DNA of 64,000 nt, from NCBI GenBank assembly GCA_051942205.1, contig JAVECO010000048.1, positions 1-64,000 on the forward strand, written 5' to 3'. A program made the position numbers and the translations under genes. Origin of the DNA: Coniocarpon cinnabarinum (lineage: Eukaryota). The notes below the pieces were generated by a model. It was not told the DNA's origin and did no database searches. It saw only the letters and a list, made by a program, of their open reading frames with translations. Below, piece after piece: positions 25,501 to 38,053 of this stretch; position 1 is the stretch's first letter; every line of letters begins with the position of its first letter.

Positions 25501-28442
25501 GGTGGGAGAAGAACCCCAAGAGCCCCAGAAGCCCTTGGCGGCTTTGGCAGCAGAGTCTTCCTTCTTAGGCTTCTCAATTTTGGGCTCTTCCACAATAGTG
25601 ATCGGCTCGGGCTCAAGCTCAGGCTCAGGCTCCACCTCCTTCTTAGCGAGTTTCGATGTTTTAGAAGTCGTTGTCTTCTTGGCATCTTTCTTCGGCTCTT
25701 CTGCAGCGCTCTTCTTCTTCTTTTTGTCGGCCGCGGGCAACCAGTCATCGAGTCCAAGGTCGTCAGGCTCCTCTTCGCCTGGCTGCGCGTCACTCCCCGG
25801 CGTTAGACCCTGATGAGGCGGTGTGGGCACAGGCGGAGGAACCATGCTGTCCAATTTGCTCTGCTTGCCCTTCTTTTTTCCTGTACTCCAAATGCCAGTC
25901 AGAGAATCCTCTTGCTCAGGCCTCATGTTCATCACTGGATCGGGACTCATCACGTCGATGTTAGCTCCCTCGTTCTTCTTCAACTCTGTGCCAATGGTCT
26001 TGTTTTTCTTCTTGTCCTTTTTCCCAATCGTCCAATCCGCAAACTCGTCAGTGGCGTCCTTGGCCTCTTCAACTTTGTCGGGCTTCATGGTTTTGTTGTC
26101 AGACACAAGCTCATCCGCACCAACTTTCGTGCCCTTTTTGCCCTTCTTGTCTTTCTTGCTAGTGCCCCATATTCCAGACGTCCAGTCGTCCTCAGCAGCC
26201 TGATCCGCGCTTGGTAGAGGGGCAGCAGGAGGGGGTGGCGGCGGTGGTGGTTGTGGTACCTCTTGAATGCCTGTACCCTTTTTGCCCTTCTTGTCCTTCT
26301 TGTCCGGTGGCGATGCCAAATTCATCCAGTCATTGTCATTTGTCCCGGCATTCTCGCCTAGATCGAACGCATTGAAGGAGGACACGGCTGCTGTGCCCTT
26401 CTTGTTCTTGTCTTTGTCACTCTGACCTCCTCCTATGCCCCAGGCGGCCCATGAGTCTCCCCCGAAGTCGTCACTGCCGAGACCACCCAGGGCGTCATTT
26501 TGCGGCGCCTTCTTAGTGTCGTCCACAATACCGGCCTTCTTGTTCTTCTTGTCCTTCTTGCTGCTGCCGCTGGTGGTGGTGAACGCCCCCCAAATGTCTT
26601 CTTCTTCTTTGGCAGGCGATGTATCTGCCGGCACGACGGGAGGCGGAGGCGGAGCAGGTGGTTCGGGCTCAAACGCGCTTGCCCCCTTCTTGTTTTTCTT
26701 GTCCTTCTTCGACAACGCAGTGCCCCATGTGTCACTGGTAACGGCGTTGGCGGTATTGTCATTCGTAAAATCATCTAGACCGGAAAAGGAGGTGGCTGTT
26801 TTCTTGTCATCCTTTTTCTTCTTCCCGCTAACATCTGTGAAGCCGCCCCACGGATCTTCCTTCTCTTCCTTCTTGCCCTTGTCCTTGGTCTTTGGATCTC
26901 CCTCCCACCCGAAGTCGAAGTCGTTGAGTGTGTCCTTCTTGTCCTTTTTCCCCGTAGTTGCGGTAGCACCCCACAGGCTATTCACGTCCTTCTTCTTGTC
27001 GTCTCTCTTGTCGTCGAGTCCACCGAATGCCCATTTCGAGCCTGTGTTCCACGAGCTGCCCCAATCTGCGCCAACGTCGAAGCTGTTTTTGTTCTTGTCG
27101 TTTCCAAATCCAAACTCAATCTGAGGTGCAGAATCATCGAGATTAATGTCTTCCATGAAAGAGTCGTTCTTCTTTGCGCCTGCTGGAGCTGGGGGAGGAG
27201 GTGGTGGAGCTGGAGGTTCGGGGTCGGCCGCAACGCCCTGGAAAGGGTTAGCACACGGACCACGTGAGCTTACGTCCGCCGCCACCATCAAAATGTTGCC
27301 TGCACCTGGGGGATGTTCTGCATACATTGTGATGGCAGTTGACATACCTTTTTGTTCTTCTTTTTGGCTTTCTTGCCCGTCGCCACCGTGCCCCATTCGT
27401 CGGACGGATCCACCTCGCCCCCGTCGCCGCCGAGAGCATCAAAGGCAGAGCCTCCGCCACCGCCCACAGCGTTGCTCACCTCATCAGCCCAGCTCGTACC
27501 CCCAGCGTCTCCGGCGTCCCCGGCGTCCCCTTCGTTGTCATCTCCGCCAGCGGCGGCGGCGTTAGCGGCTAGTCTTTCTGCGGCTTTCTTTGCCTTCTTC
27601 TGCTTCTTTTTGTTGCCGCCAAGACTGAAGCCAAAATCGTCGTCGCCTCCATCACCTCCACCGTCTCCACCGTCTCCTCCATCTCCTCCATCTCCACCAT
27701 CTCCGCCAGCGCCTGCTCCACCAGGACCGCCGGCATCTCCACCTCCGCCGTTGGCACCTCCGTTGGCGCCACCATCACCGCCAGCGCCACCCGCATTGTT
27801 TTCGTTATCGGAGTCACCCCAGTTGTCGGCTTTGGCGGCGCCTCCCTTCTTTTTCTTCCCCTTGTGCTCGCGAACATTGTGATTCGATGATAGATCTGGT
27901 CGAGGCGGAGTAACGGAAAAGGATTCAGCAACAGGGACGTAGGAGGGCGGTTCGTCCAAAGGCAGTGGACTTTGCTTAATCGCACGATCTAAGTCATGAG
28001 CATCGTGCCGTTGACGGACAGCTGGCGAGTTTGCCGCGCTGTATGGAGGCGGCTCGTCGCTCAAGGCGTCTTCGTAGAGAGGTAGAACGCAATCATCGTC
28101 CGGCGGCGACTGCGCATCGAACGAATCCCTGTCTGTGATTCTTAAACGGAAGCCAGCAGACTTTGTGCTTCTGTGCGCACCGTCCCCGATGCGGCCACAT
28201 TGTTCCGGTTTCGCAATCAAGGTGGAGGCGCCCTTTCTCTCGAATGCTACATCAACGGGAGCGGTAAAAGAGCGTATGATGACATCAGACATGCCTGCAG
28301 TCATTTTGCAGATATCGTCAGTTGGCTGCTTTACTTCACCTACCTGCTCAACTATTCCAGTCGACGTCTTGTATGATATCGCATGTCTCGGCGACCCGTC
28401 TTCGTGCCGGTCTTCTGCGAACGATGCCACTGCAAGCGCCAT
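22507..28442 (-). CDS. Very large (~1940 aa) low-complexity Lys/Asp/Pro-rich hypothetical protein with C-terminal R/E coiled coil
   Basis: The 432-aa and 1629-aa ORFs join through a phase-0 intron 27347-27238 (GTATGT..GCTAAC..CAG), giving KKNKK|GVAADPEP. The start is uncertain; 28442 is the first in-frame ATG. Confidence 0.8.
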
Positions 28443-29767
28443 GAGGCAATGAAATACAAGCTGGAAATATCGAGGCTCGTTCCGATTGCATTGAAGCCAG
28501 ATGAGTATGGGAAGATCTTCTGTGTGACGTCGCACCAGGGTAGGTACTCGAAAAATTCTGCGGCAAGGGACGCGGTTCTGCAGCAAAGCTCGAAAACACG
28601 AGCAGACCGCCGCCGTATGCTAACAACTGAAAGTGTGCCAGAGGGGAGAAGGGATGGGAATCGGGACGGTGGCGGAGGAGCTGGCTCCGGCTGGATAACG
28701 GCGATGGTGCGGCAAAGGGGAGGGAGCGGTGGTATCAGGAGAGGAGGGCACCGGGAGCTGCAGGTACGTCTCTTCGCAAAGGCGCGGAGCTGTGTGGGTG
28801 GGAGGGAAGTGCCAGTGTGGGCGGGCGCAGAGAGGAATACGGAATAGTGCTGGTGTCCTCGTGATTGGGCGTTTGGACGGCAGACGAATGAGAAGAGCCG
28901 GCGACGACAGGGAGGGCGAGACGCACAGAGCGGCTGGTGGTCGATGCCGTGAAACAGGATTGCCCTTTTCGGTCTCCGAGCCTGGCCGGTGCACCACGCA
29001 CACACTCACAATTTCGTCAAAATGCCCTGGAGTGGCACATGCCTGAGGTGAAGGCAAGGACGCTCAAAGACAGGAGTCACAACAAACAACGGAAGAGAAG
29101 AATTTTTCGAGAGCGCGCAGATCGGCTGCAGGGTCAGTGTTTGCGTCTCCACCCGGGCGAGGAGAGGCCCGACTGCCGCCGCCGCCATAGCATAAGGGAG
29201 ATGCACAGCTACGAGGCAAGCAGCCAGTCAAGGGAGAGCGAGATGCAGTGGCGTCTTCTCACCGCCAGTGTGCGGCAATCGTGCAGCAAACCATAATGAG
29301 CTTGTTCGGCAGTTTGGCTGTGCGTCCGTGGTCCAGAGTGGGGATGTGGTTGCTGATGCATGAGAGAACCTTAGGTAGGCTTCCTGCATCGACCAGCTGT
29401 CAGCCACGCCGAATGATGATGTCTGCCAGGCAAGCTCATCCCCTCCACATCCACCACATGCCCACCATTGGCGCACCGAGGCGGCTCGCTCCATCGTCCA
29501 TCTGATCCTGTACCAGGTCCACGACCTCCTAGCATCCCGCCATGCTCTGGGGTATGCTCAGATCGCCATGTCGAATAGGTAGTACATTCCAGTAGAACAC
29601 AACTAGCTATCTTACAACAAGCCTCCCGCATCTGCTCCATATGCCTCTACTGAACTCCTTGCTTGAACGCAACATGAAATCACAAAATCCATCGTCTCGA
29701 ACATCTCTCCCCTGCCCACGGCCCAGAGCACACGGGCTCCATCGAAATCCTCGACGGGCTGCACCGC

Positions 29768-31782
29768 TCAGAGCTCGCCGTTCAACACGCGCTTAGCCAC
29801 TTCCAACCGTTCCCGCAACGCCTTCATGTCTCGTGCGGACGTGTTGGGATGAATGGCTTCCAGACACACCGACCTGAGACTATCGGCGCAGCGCTTGATC
29901 AGGTTTAAATCGGCCTTGTCCAGCGATCGCGGCGACTCAGACCCGTCCTCCGGCACCAGCAGCGTCTCGAAAATGCTTGACAGGGGCCTCGCAGCGCGCG
30001 AGCGCACCGCCAACGCTTCAGCCGGAAAGCCTTCGGCCTTGGGCGTGGGCACGTCACTTTCTCGAGCTGCTCTGCGTGGACCTGCGCCATTGTGTTGCTG
30101 CGGCGGCATCGGCCAGGGATCTTGAAGACCCGTCCGCAGCAGGTCTTCGTCATGGTGCTGCTCGGAGCCGTCGCTGTCTGCATCGCTGCTCATATTCTCG
30201 TTCGCCGTTTCAAAAGATTGGGTGGTCGTCAGCGATGCCATGCTTTCATTAGACTGCCCTAGTTCCTCCCAAGTGTGTCGGCGTTCCTCTGACCCACTCG
30301 CTGACTGAGGCTCCGAGTCGACAGGCGCCTCGCCCTTCTCCGTTTCGATAGATGCCTCAGAGCCACTCGAGAGCGAGCGGCTAGACCGTTCGCTATCCGT
30401 GAAGCTGCTCGACCTAGTCAAACCTCTGCCCATTGCGCTGTGCAACACGAAGGTCTCGTAATCGAACGCGTCTGATCGGTCCTCGTGCGCTGCGCCTGTG
30501 TCGATAATCTCGTCCACTTCTTCATCGCCCAGCACATCGGGCAGGTCTTCTAAGAGCTCTTCTTCATCCTCGAAGTACTCGTTGTCGGAAAGCTCCTCGC
30601 TCTCTTCTCGTGCCTTGTTGGTGTCGAAGACTTGCTGCCACTCACCGCGAGCGTCCTCTCGCGTCGGCTCCAGAGGCGTTGTAGCTGCGTTCTCCATCCG
30701 AGCTATGACAGCCTCTTGAGACTCCAAGGTTTTCTTCAATGCCTCCACCTGTTTCTGGAACTCCTCAGGGCTTGCAGTGACTTCCTTTTTGGAGCGTTTT
30801 TGTAGGAATGATATCCTCCTCCGCAGCTCATCGGCCTGATCGCGAAGTACTTGCGCAGACTTCATTGCAGGTGAAGTAGGACTTTGTGCATCTCCCACGT
30901 CGTGCATTGCCGAACTTTTGTCAGCTTCTTGATCTTCTTGGACAGTCTTAAGAATACCGTTCTTCGCGTTTGCAGGAATGGGTGGTGTGCGAAAGTCGCG
31001 ACCGAGCGATATGTCATTGGCTCGGAAATTCCTTGGTGATATTCGCGACGGGGATTGAACGGCTGTATCACTCAGCATTCGAAGGTGTCCAGACGGTTCT
31101 CGGACGCTGTGCGACTTTCGCAAATGGCGCGGAGTGCCAAAGTTAAAGCGAGGGCTGATCTTAACAGTGCCGTCCAGCTCGTCAGTCACCTCCACCAACG
31201 CTGGCGAGGCGTAGTTCGACAGACTGGATGAGGTTCGGTGTTCAGGAATGTATGTAGGGGAGTTCAAGGAATGTCGAGCTCGACCGAGATTGCCTTCAAG
31301 CAACTGAGTATAGAGTCAGTCATTTCAGAGGCGAGCATAAAAGCAATACTCGCATTCAGCTTTTGTTTTGCGTGCGCAAGGATTGCATCCGCCCGTTTAC
31401 TCAGTGTTGAATAGTGAGCAGCTTCAATCTCGTCTCTCGATCTCTCCGCGCCTTCGACATCGCTTTCAAAATCGCCAGTGAAACTCTGATCATCGTTCTC
31501 CACGTGCGCGCTATCTTCTCGATTTAATTCCTCCTCTCGCAGCTCCGCCCCATCCCAGCGCAGGCTGGACATGTCTTTGCTAAGACGAAAGCTCGAGGCA
31601 TGACTCGCTCTTGCCTTATCATTGAGGAATATTTGTTGCGGCTGCTCATTTTCCTTCATGATCGGCGAAGAAGCGAGGGGTGAGTCCGATAAATGACGTG
31701 ACGGGGTTTTGGCAGGGGCTCCATGGGCGTGATTGGCTCCCACCGTAGAGGAAGGTGTTCCTTCGTCATCGGAAGCCGGCAT
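29768..31782 (-). CDS. Hypothetical protein with coiled-coil and acidic segments
   Basis: Two ORFs join through a 50-nt GC-AG intron 31353-31304, giving AKQKLN|LLEGNLGRARHSL. HEDRSDAFDYETFVLHSAMG looks like a conserved block. Confidence 0.75.
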
Positions 31783-32159
31783 TGGGCCTGCACTCACACA
31801 GAAGATCCAGGACCCAGGTGGAGAGAAGTTGTTAAGGTTAATTTAGGGTAGGGTGTTAGGGGAGAAGAAGAGTAAGGTTGTGGGAAGTGCGCGGGAATCG
31901 ATATATTAAAGCATGATACCATTGGCTATTAGCATCATAGCTTGTGCCGGCCAGCGCTGCAACTCTTGTAACACTGGATGACAGCATGAATGCGGGCTGT
32001 CATATTACAGGAGCCCGAAGATTTATTGGAAATATTTCCCTTCCGCAACAGCTGTTGCATTAGCTTCTTCCTGCTTCGGATGCTTCATATGATGCCTGCA
32101 CGCTCAGGCATTAGAAACTCCTAAGTCCTTCTATACACCTCTCACGCGCATGAGATCAT

Positions 32160-33161
32160 TTATTTCTCGCTCGCTCGGAATGAGAATTCTGTAACAGTCG
32201 AATTTGCGACGAGGAAGTTCTGTCGAATATGCATTAGTTCCTTGAATAGCTCATCATCCTCGCGCACGACTTCCATCAATGTATCTGTGAAGCGACCGTC
32301 CTCGTCGCTTTGAACAAGGAATGTCTCCTGCATTATGACGCCTGTTCCTGAACTGTTCATTTCTTGATTCAAGAGATCGTCCTTTTCCGCACACTGAACC
32401 TTCTCGCGTGTGCCTCTTTTTGCTGCCATATCCGCCATTTCGTTGCCTTCAATTCCCTTATGGGCTGGTACCCAGAGCAGTTGTAGGCGGATGAAGAACA
32501 TCTTTTCAAGGCGATAAATCAAATCGTGAATTCGGCTGTACATCATGTATCTCACCGGAAATTCAAAGCTCAGGAGATTGAGCGTCGTCCCGGGGGCGTT
32601 GTTGAAGTACTGAACGAGCGCTAAAGCGGATCGCGAATCGGTGAATATCTTCACATTCCTGAGCAACACGTTCGCAAACCCGTCCTCTTCTGTGGGCTTC
32701 ACGCGAGCTGCAGCTTCGTCACAAGCGGTCTCCAGAGCTTTCTGCAGGGCATAGATTTCCGCGTCGTTGTAATCGAGACCTTGAATGTCGAGACAGTACG
32801 TCCGCTGCTTCCACCACTGGAAGTCACAGTGTCAACAAGGCTAATGATTGCTTCTGGTTGTTCTACGAGTACTTACCCAGTTCCGACCCTTGGACGATCG
32901 TCTCCAGACCACGCCAGCGCCGCACTGCGCGTAAGGGTTTTTTTGCTGAACACCGCGGTCCTGCGAGCCGTCACACCCAACCACCAAACTTTTGGCATTG
33001 TAAGATGTCAATTGGCTCTCTTGCTTCGCACGAGCTAGGGCATCCTTTTGGCCGCTTTCGAGGTCGATCTCGACGTCAAGCTTGCCGTTGTCGCGATACT
33101 CGAGATTGCTAGGAAGGCACGGCCGAAATGCTGAAATGGCGTTCGCGGATTGCGTAGCCAT
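32160..33161 (-). CDS. Stand-alone ribonuclease HI-domain protein (non-LTR retrotransposon type), 313 aa
   Basis: Exons 33161-32877 and 32816-32160 (60-nt GTAAGT..TTGAC..CAG intron containing an in-frame stop). Motifs VGCDGS, GAGVVW, DAEIYAL, IFTDSRSAL and WVPAHKGIEGNEMADMAAK give the full D-E-D-H-D set. Confidence 0.85.
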
Positions 33162-33907
33162 AGTGTACGACACTTCCGGCTTTTACAATGGTTGCGTCGC
33201 TGAAGTCGCGCATCGAAATCATTTCAAGCATAATGTAATGACGCGCGGAGACTACATAGAGGCAAGAGGTGTCGGCAGCCAGCGCCAATGACTTCCTTCC
33301 GTCTGAGCTCTTTGGAGACTTAGGTCCACCCCAGCTAGGCATCATCGGGGCACTTTGCAAAGATTAAGCAGCCCGACTGTTTCGTTGTCGTATCAGATCA
33401 CTCTGACCCAATCTAGGTTGATACACTTTATCATCGTTGTCACTGTACACTCCCGTCTTCTTCCAATATACTGCAGAGGCATTCTCTAGCTTGATGATTA
33501 TCACAATAGACAGGAGAACATGTTGACGATCTGATACATGTGTACTATGTGGGCGATCGTTGAAGCTGCCGGAACCTCCTATCCAGCTTCTTTCCTCGGA
33601 GCTGACTAGCGCATACGAGTGGACTTCGGAGCCGAATGCTCTGTATCTTTATACTTCCGTATAGCTTCTCAATGCCATCACTCGCGTAACCCGCGCAGCA
33701 TGTAATGTCAATGCGTCACTTACGCCCTACGCTTCAATACAACGGCGCCAGTAATACCAGCGCGCGTCGTAAATGCAAGACCACGCATCTCATTATGACT
33801 CACATGCCAACGCGCCAATGCCAGTAGCACGAAATGCATGTCTTAAGTGAAGCTTGCTGACCCAATCTACTCTCCTCCGCAAACCCCACAGCCCAGTTTC
33901 GCAGATC

Positions 33908-34597
33908 ATGCCGTTCACACTTAAACTCCTAGGTCAGGACGACCTCCCCATCACCGCCCACATCCGTCTCAACGCCTTCGATGGCGTCCCCGCCCAACGC
34001 GCTCTCAGACCTCAAGGCACAACGCCTGAAACGTTGAGCTGGTACACGAACAAGCACATCCACGAGTTCCACAATGATCCCGGCACGTTCTTCGTCGGCG
34101 TGCGGGATACCGAGTCGAATACGCTCATCGCGTACGGCCAATGGCAGCGTGATCTAGCTGCGGACCGCCAACGCAGCGAAGCTCGCGAAGCTCTCGAAGC
34201 GAGTGAAGCAACCAAAAAAGGCAAAGAGGAGAAAACAGACGAGGACAAATTCAGTCCAGGCAGTAATGCAGAAGCTCAATCCATTTTCTGGGGCAAACTG
34301 GCGCAAAGCGAGCGTGACTTTATGGGGGAGACAGATTACTGGCATTTACATTTACTGGCGACGCTGAAAGAATATCAGGGACGCGGCGCGGCGACGATGG
34401 TGTTGCGATGGGGACAGGAGAGGGCGCGCGCAGAGGGGTTGGCCTGTTATTTGGACTCCACGGCGGATGGACAGTGGGTTTATGAGAAGGTGGGGTTTGT
34501 GAAGGGCCCAGCGTGGTGTTTGGATTTGAGGCCTTACGGGGTGGAGCATTTGAATTGTCAGTGGCCTATGCGGTGGGATCCGCCCAGTAAATCATGA
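33908..34597 (+). CDS. GNAT-family N-acetyltransferase
   Basis: IAYGQW, HLHLLATLKEYQGRGAATMVLRWG and YLDST..G..VYEKVGF motifs. Confidence 0.9.
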   Translation: MPFTLKLLGQDDLPITAHIRLNAFDGVPAQRALRPQGTTPETLSWYTNKHIHEFHNDPGTFFVGVRDTESNTLIAYGQWQRDLAADRQRSEAREALEASEATKKGKEEKTDEDKFSPGSNAEAQSIFWGKLAQSERDFMGETDYWHLHLLATLKEYQGRGAATMVLRWGQERARAEGLACYLDSTADGQWVYEKVGFVKGPAWCLDLRPYGVEHLNCQWPMRWDPPSKS

Positions 34598-34682
34598 AGA
34601 TATGCGATGATGCGTTTGATGTCGACGCGAGCGATGAGTGTCTATGAGGCTGTATATAGGAATGCGAGTCGATTGGGGATAT

Positions 34683-36010
34683 TTACAACTTGTTGGTGTA
34701 CTCGGTGTACTTTTGCAGCATCTCCCACGCCTTTCCGCTCTCGACTGCTTGTCGCGCAAGTCGCACACCCTCTCTCCAGCGCCCGCCGGCTGGTCCATGC
34801 TCTAGAATGACGTCCTTGTTGTCGCCGAAAGCACTCGAGCTGTCATTGCAGATGCCCGAGACGACGAAAAGCGCAGCCGTGTTCATCAAAACAAATTGCA
34901 GCACCGGATCCTCAGCGGGCATGCCGTTTGTCAGGAGCAAGTGCATGATCTCGGCATTATCCTTGGGAGTCTTGCCAGGCCCAACGTCGGTAAGTGGGAT
35001 GCGCTTCAGACCAAAGTCCTCAGGAGCAAGCTTGAAATATTGGATGCCCATCTCGCGGTGATGAGTCTCCTCATCGTGGTCGGTGAGCCAGGCGCAGTGC
35101 GTGGGGCCAGCGATGCTGATCTCGTCGAGGTCCTCATCGCCGCAGATGACGAGAGCTTTCTTAACACCATTCATCTTGAGTGCTTGCGCAAATACAGGCA
35201 CGAGGTCCTTGTTCTTGACGCCGATCACACGAGCTTCCATGGCAGAATTGGCAGGGTTGGTCAGGGGTCCCAGCAAGTTGAAAATGGATGGATGCGGCAG
35301 CTCCTTTCGCGTGCCGGAGATGTGACCTAGTCCCTTGTGGAAAGTAGGTGCGAATAGGAAGCCATAGTTAGAGGAAGAGTAGAGATCCGGAAGGGTCTCA
35401 GGTGTGATTCGGTCAAGTTGAGGGTGATTGGGTGCCTGCATGCAAGCGAGGACTTCTGACGAGCCAGATCTGGACGTCGACGCACGGTTGCCATGTTTGG
35501 CGACGAGTAGCAGCGAAGATGCGAGAATGGAAGAGGCAGTGCTGATGTTGAAGGTCGAGTGACCATCACCACCTGTGCCGACAATGTCACACTGAGAATG
35601 TCAGCAGCGTCAAGGGGCCAAGATAGGTCAAGCATCCAACTTACCAAGCCTCCACGGTACTTGCCATGATTGAGCTTGCGGGAGTGGACAGCATGTTGCA
35701 GCTTCTTCTCATCTGGCAAATATGCAGCATCAATCATAACCTTGGCACATTCTTTCAGGACGTCTGGGTGCCTGTCGAGGCCAGTCAAGTGCAGGTCGTG
35801 AAGGAGGATAGCAGTCTGGATCGGGGAGATTTCTTTTGTGAAGACTTGCGAGACGGCTAGTGCAATCTCTTGAACAAGATCTCGAGGCACATCATCGATG
35901 TCGTCAGGAGACTGCTCGACGAAGCGATCGAGCTGCTTAAGGAGAGGGTTGATAGTCACTGCCACCACCGCTGGTGAGCTTTGCGAGTCTACGGGTCCTG
36001 ACATGATCAT
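34683..36010 (-). CDS. TRP4: Anthranilate phosphoribosyltransferase
   Basis: Intron 35644-35592 gives GGL|CDIVGTGGDGHSTFNIST. Also KHGNRASTSRSGS, FLFAPTFH, SIFNLLGPLTNP and LDEIS. Confidence 0.96.
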
Positions 36011-36439
36011 ATTGATAAGGAGATAGGGAAATGTTTCGTATGAAAGTTGATGAAGAAGGCTTATAACACTTGCTTCAAGCGTAGTCGGAAAGTGGAGGAT
36101 GCATGGATGTGAAGGACTCGGAATGAAATATGCAGCACGATGGCCGATCTGTGTTCTTACAATCTGTCATCTTTGAGCGGGTCCCAGGAAAGCGATGAGT
36201 GATGGACTCGGCCGCAACACTTGGCCTCTCCGCATTTCCAAGAATCTGGAGTGGTGACGGATGAGCAATGAGCAATGAGCACTCTGCAGAAGGCAGACGT
36301 TGACAGGTTGTCCTCAAGGAATGAGGAATGTCCCGGAGAGACTATTTATCCGCGTAGTCATCACTTGCTTGATAAGGAGCTTCGGGCCCGCCCGCTGTTG
36401 TTATTAGCGTATCCGCACTCCCCGCGCGCCAGGCTCGTC

Positions 36440-37859
36440 ATGCGAACTCTATCTTCATTCGCAATCCTTACAGAACGTCGAGCCATGTCTCCTTGGTCCA
36501 TATATGTGCTTAGCAACCGCAAAGGCAGACTTTGCGGGAGCACTCTGGCATCGGGTATACAAGTCAGGCAACACTCCGCCAGCTCTTCCATCATCCAATC
36601 TACACGCCTAAAACCAAGGACTAGTATATGTAGTCATCTAAGACTATTCAACCGTCATAGCAGCTGTCGCGAGTTCAGCTGGTCCGCGATCGACCCGACA
36701 GCTGTACAGAACTGGGACACCACATCTCTGATTGTATTGCTCCTGCTATGGGGGAAACTCCCGGAGGGAATATGGCGACTCGTCGGCATCCACGCCTCGA
36801 GCAGACGATTCGTCAATCCGCTTACCGGGCGTCGCAGCAAGATATTAGGCAACGCAGGCTTGCGCAGCTCAAACGAAACGTGTCCAACATTTAGACCTGA
36901 AAGAATAAGTCACTCTTCATTGCCATGGGAACTAGAGAAGGTTGAACCGTCGCGTGCAGCAAAGGCTCTGTCCAATCCATCAAAGTAAGTTTGGTCGCGT
37001 CGTCCTTCGGCAAGAGATCAATGCGGCCCTAGATCTGTGTAAGAACGGGCGTTTGTCGTCGCAGACATATTACTTCACGCCGCTTCAAGTTGAGCCTTCT
37101 AATTGATATTGTATCTTCTCAGCGAGGATCTTGTGCGGCAGTGTAAGGCAACCCTACGAAAGCTAGTCCAAGCTTCCCGAGAGATCGACATCCCACCATT
37201 TGAAGTTTTAGTAGACTCAAGAAAAAATTGGTGCTACGGGCTTGCAACTGTGGAATACAACACATGGCTTGGCTGGCGCCCATATCGTCAACGCCGTTCC
37301 ATCACCGTGGGTGGACATGGTTCTGGCACCGGACGGTGTCGTGAATTAATGCCAGCGATACTGGCTCACGAACTGGCGCATCTTATTGCCAGGCACGGAG
37401 ATGAGATCCATCGCAAACATCAACTCCTGGACACTTACTGCTTCATTGTCCCTGGATTATGGCCATTTCAGACGCTCTTATCTCTGTGGCCAAATGATTA
37501 TTTCAGACCTATGCTGAATGCTTGGAATCGCAGACGCACCGAGTATGAGGCAGACGAGGTAAGTCATTGCACGAGTAGAGAGCTTCCTCACTTCGTTTGA
37601 CACAACTTGCTGCTAGATGGCTTCGATACTCTTGGCTAGAGGGGGATATGACCCTACTCTGCGAATCGATATGTGCCAATATTATCGTTGGCGACGACAA
37701 AGATATGGCAGGAAAGATATACCCGAGCAAGAGGACAATGTGACTCATCCTTCGTACGCAAATCGAATCAAAGCACTTGAGAAAGTGCTGCCCGAACACC
37801 GACCCATATACCAAGAGGCAAAACGCAAAGGCCCCATTGCGAGGTGGAAGACTACTTAA
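36440..37859 (+). CDS. Divergent peptidase M48 (Oma1-like) zinc metalloprotease
   Basis: Exons 36440-36984, 37123-37558 and 37617-37859 with phase-compatible GTAAGT..AG introns. Basic/Ser-rich N-terminus, VNPLTGRR, ILAHELAHLIARH (HExxH), EYEADE, LARGGYDP and THPSYANRIKAL. Confidence 0.8.
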
Positions 37860-38053
37860 GCACGTCAATTGGATGAAATAGCAGGTACTGGCAGAATCTG
37901 CAGCTAATACTGCCTCGATTTGGCCCAATACTCTGGCGTGTGCTCGATTCATCGCAGACGCAGTGCTGAACCTCGCTGATCAGATCGGCCATGAAATTCA
38001 TCATGATTCTCTCCGGTCGAACGTATCAGCCAATGCTTTTCACTGGGTCCATC

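Noticed and set aside
22183..27882. Many long plus-strand ORFs rich in F/L/S
   Set aside because: Antisense shadows of the Lys/Asp/Glu-rich minus-strand gene.
31835..31865. TTAGGG telomere-like hexamers
   Set aside because: Only two non-tandem copies; consistent with a pyrimidine-rich 5' leader on the minus strand.
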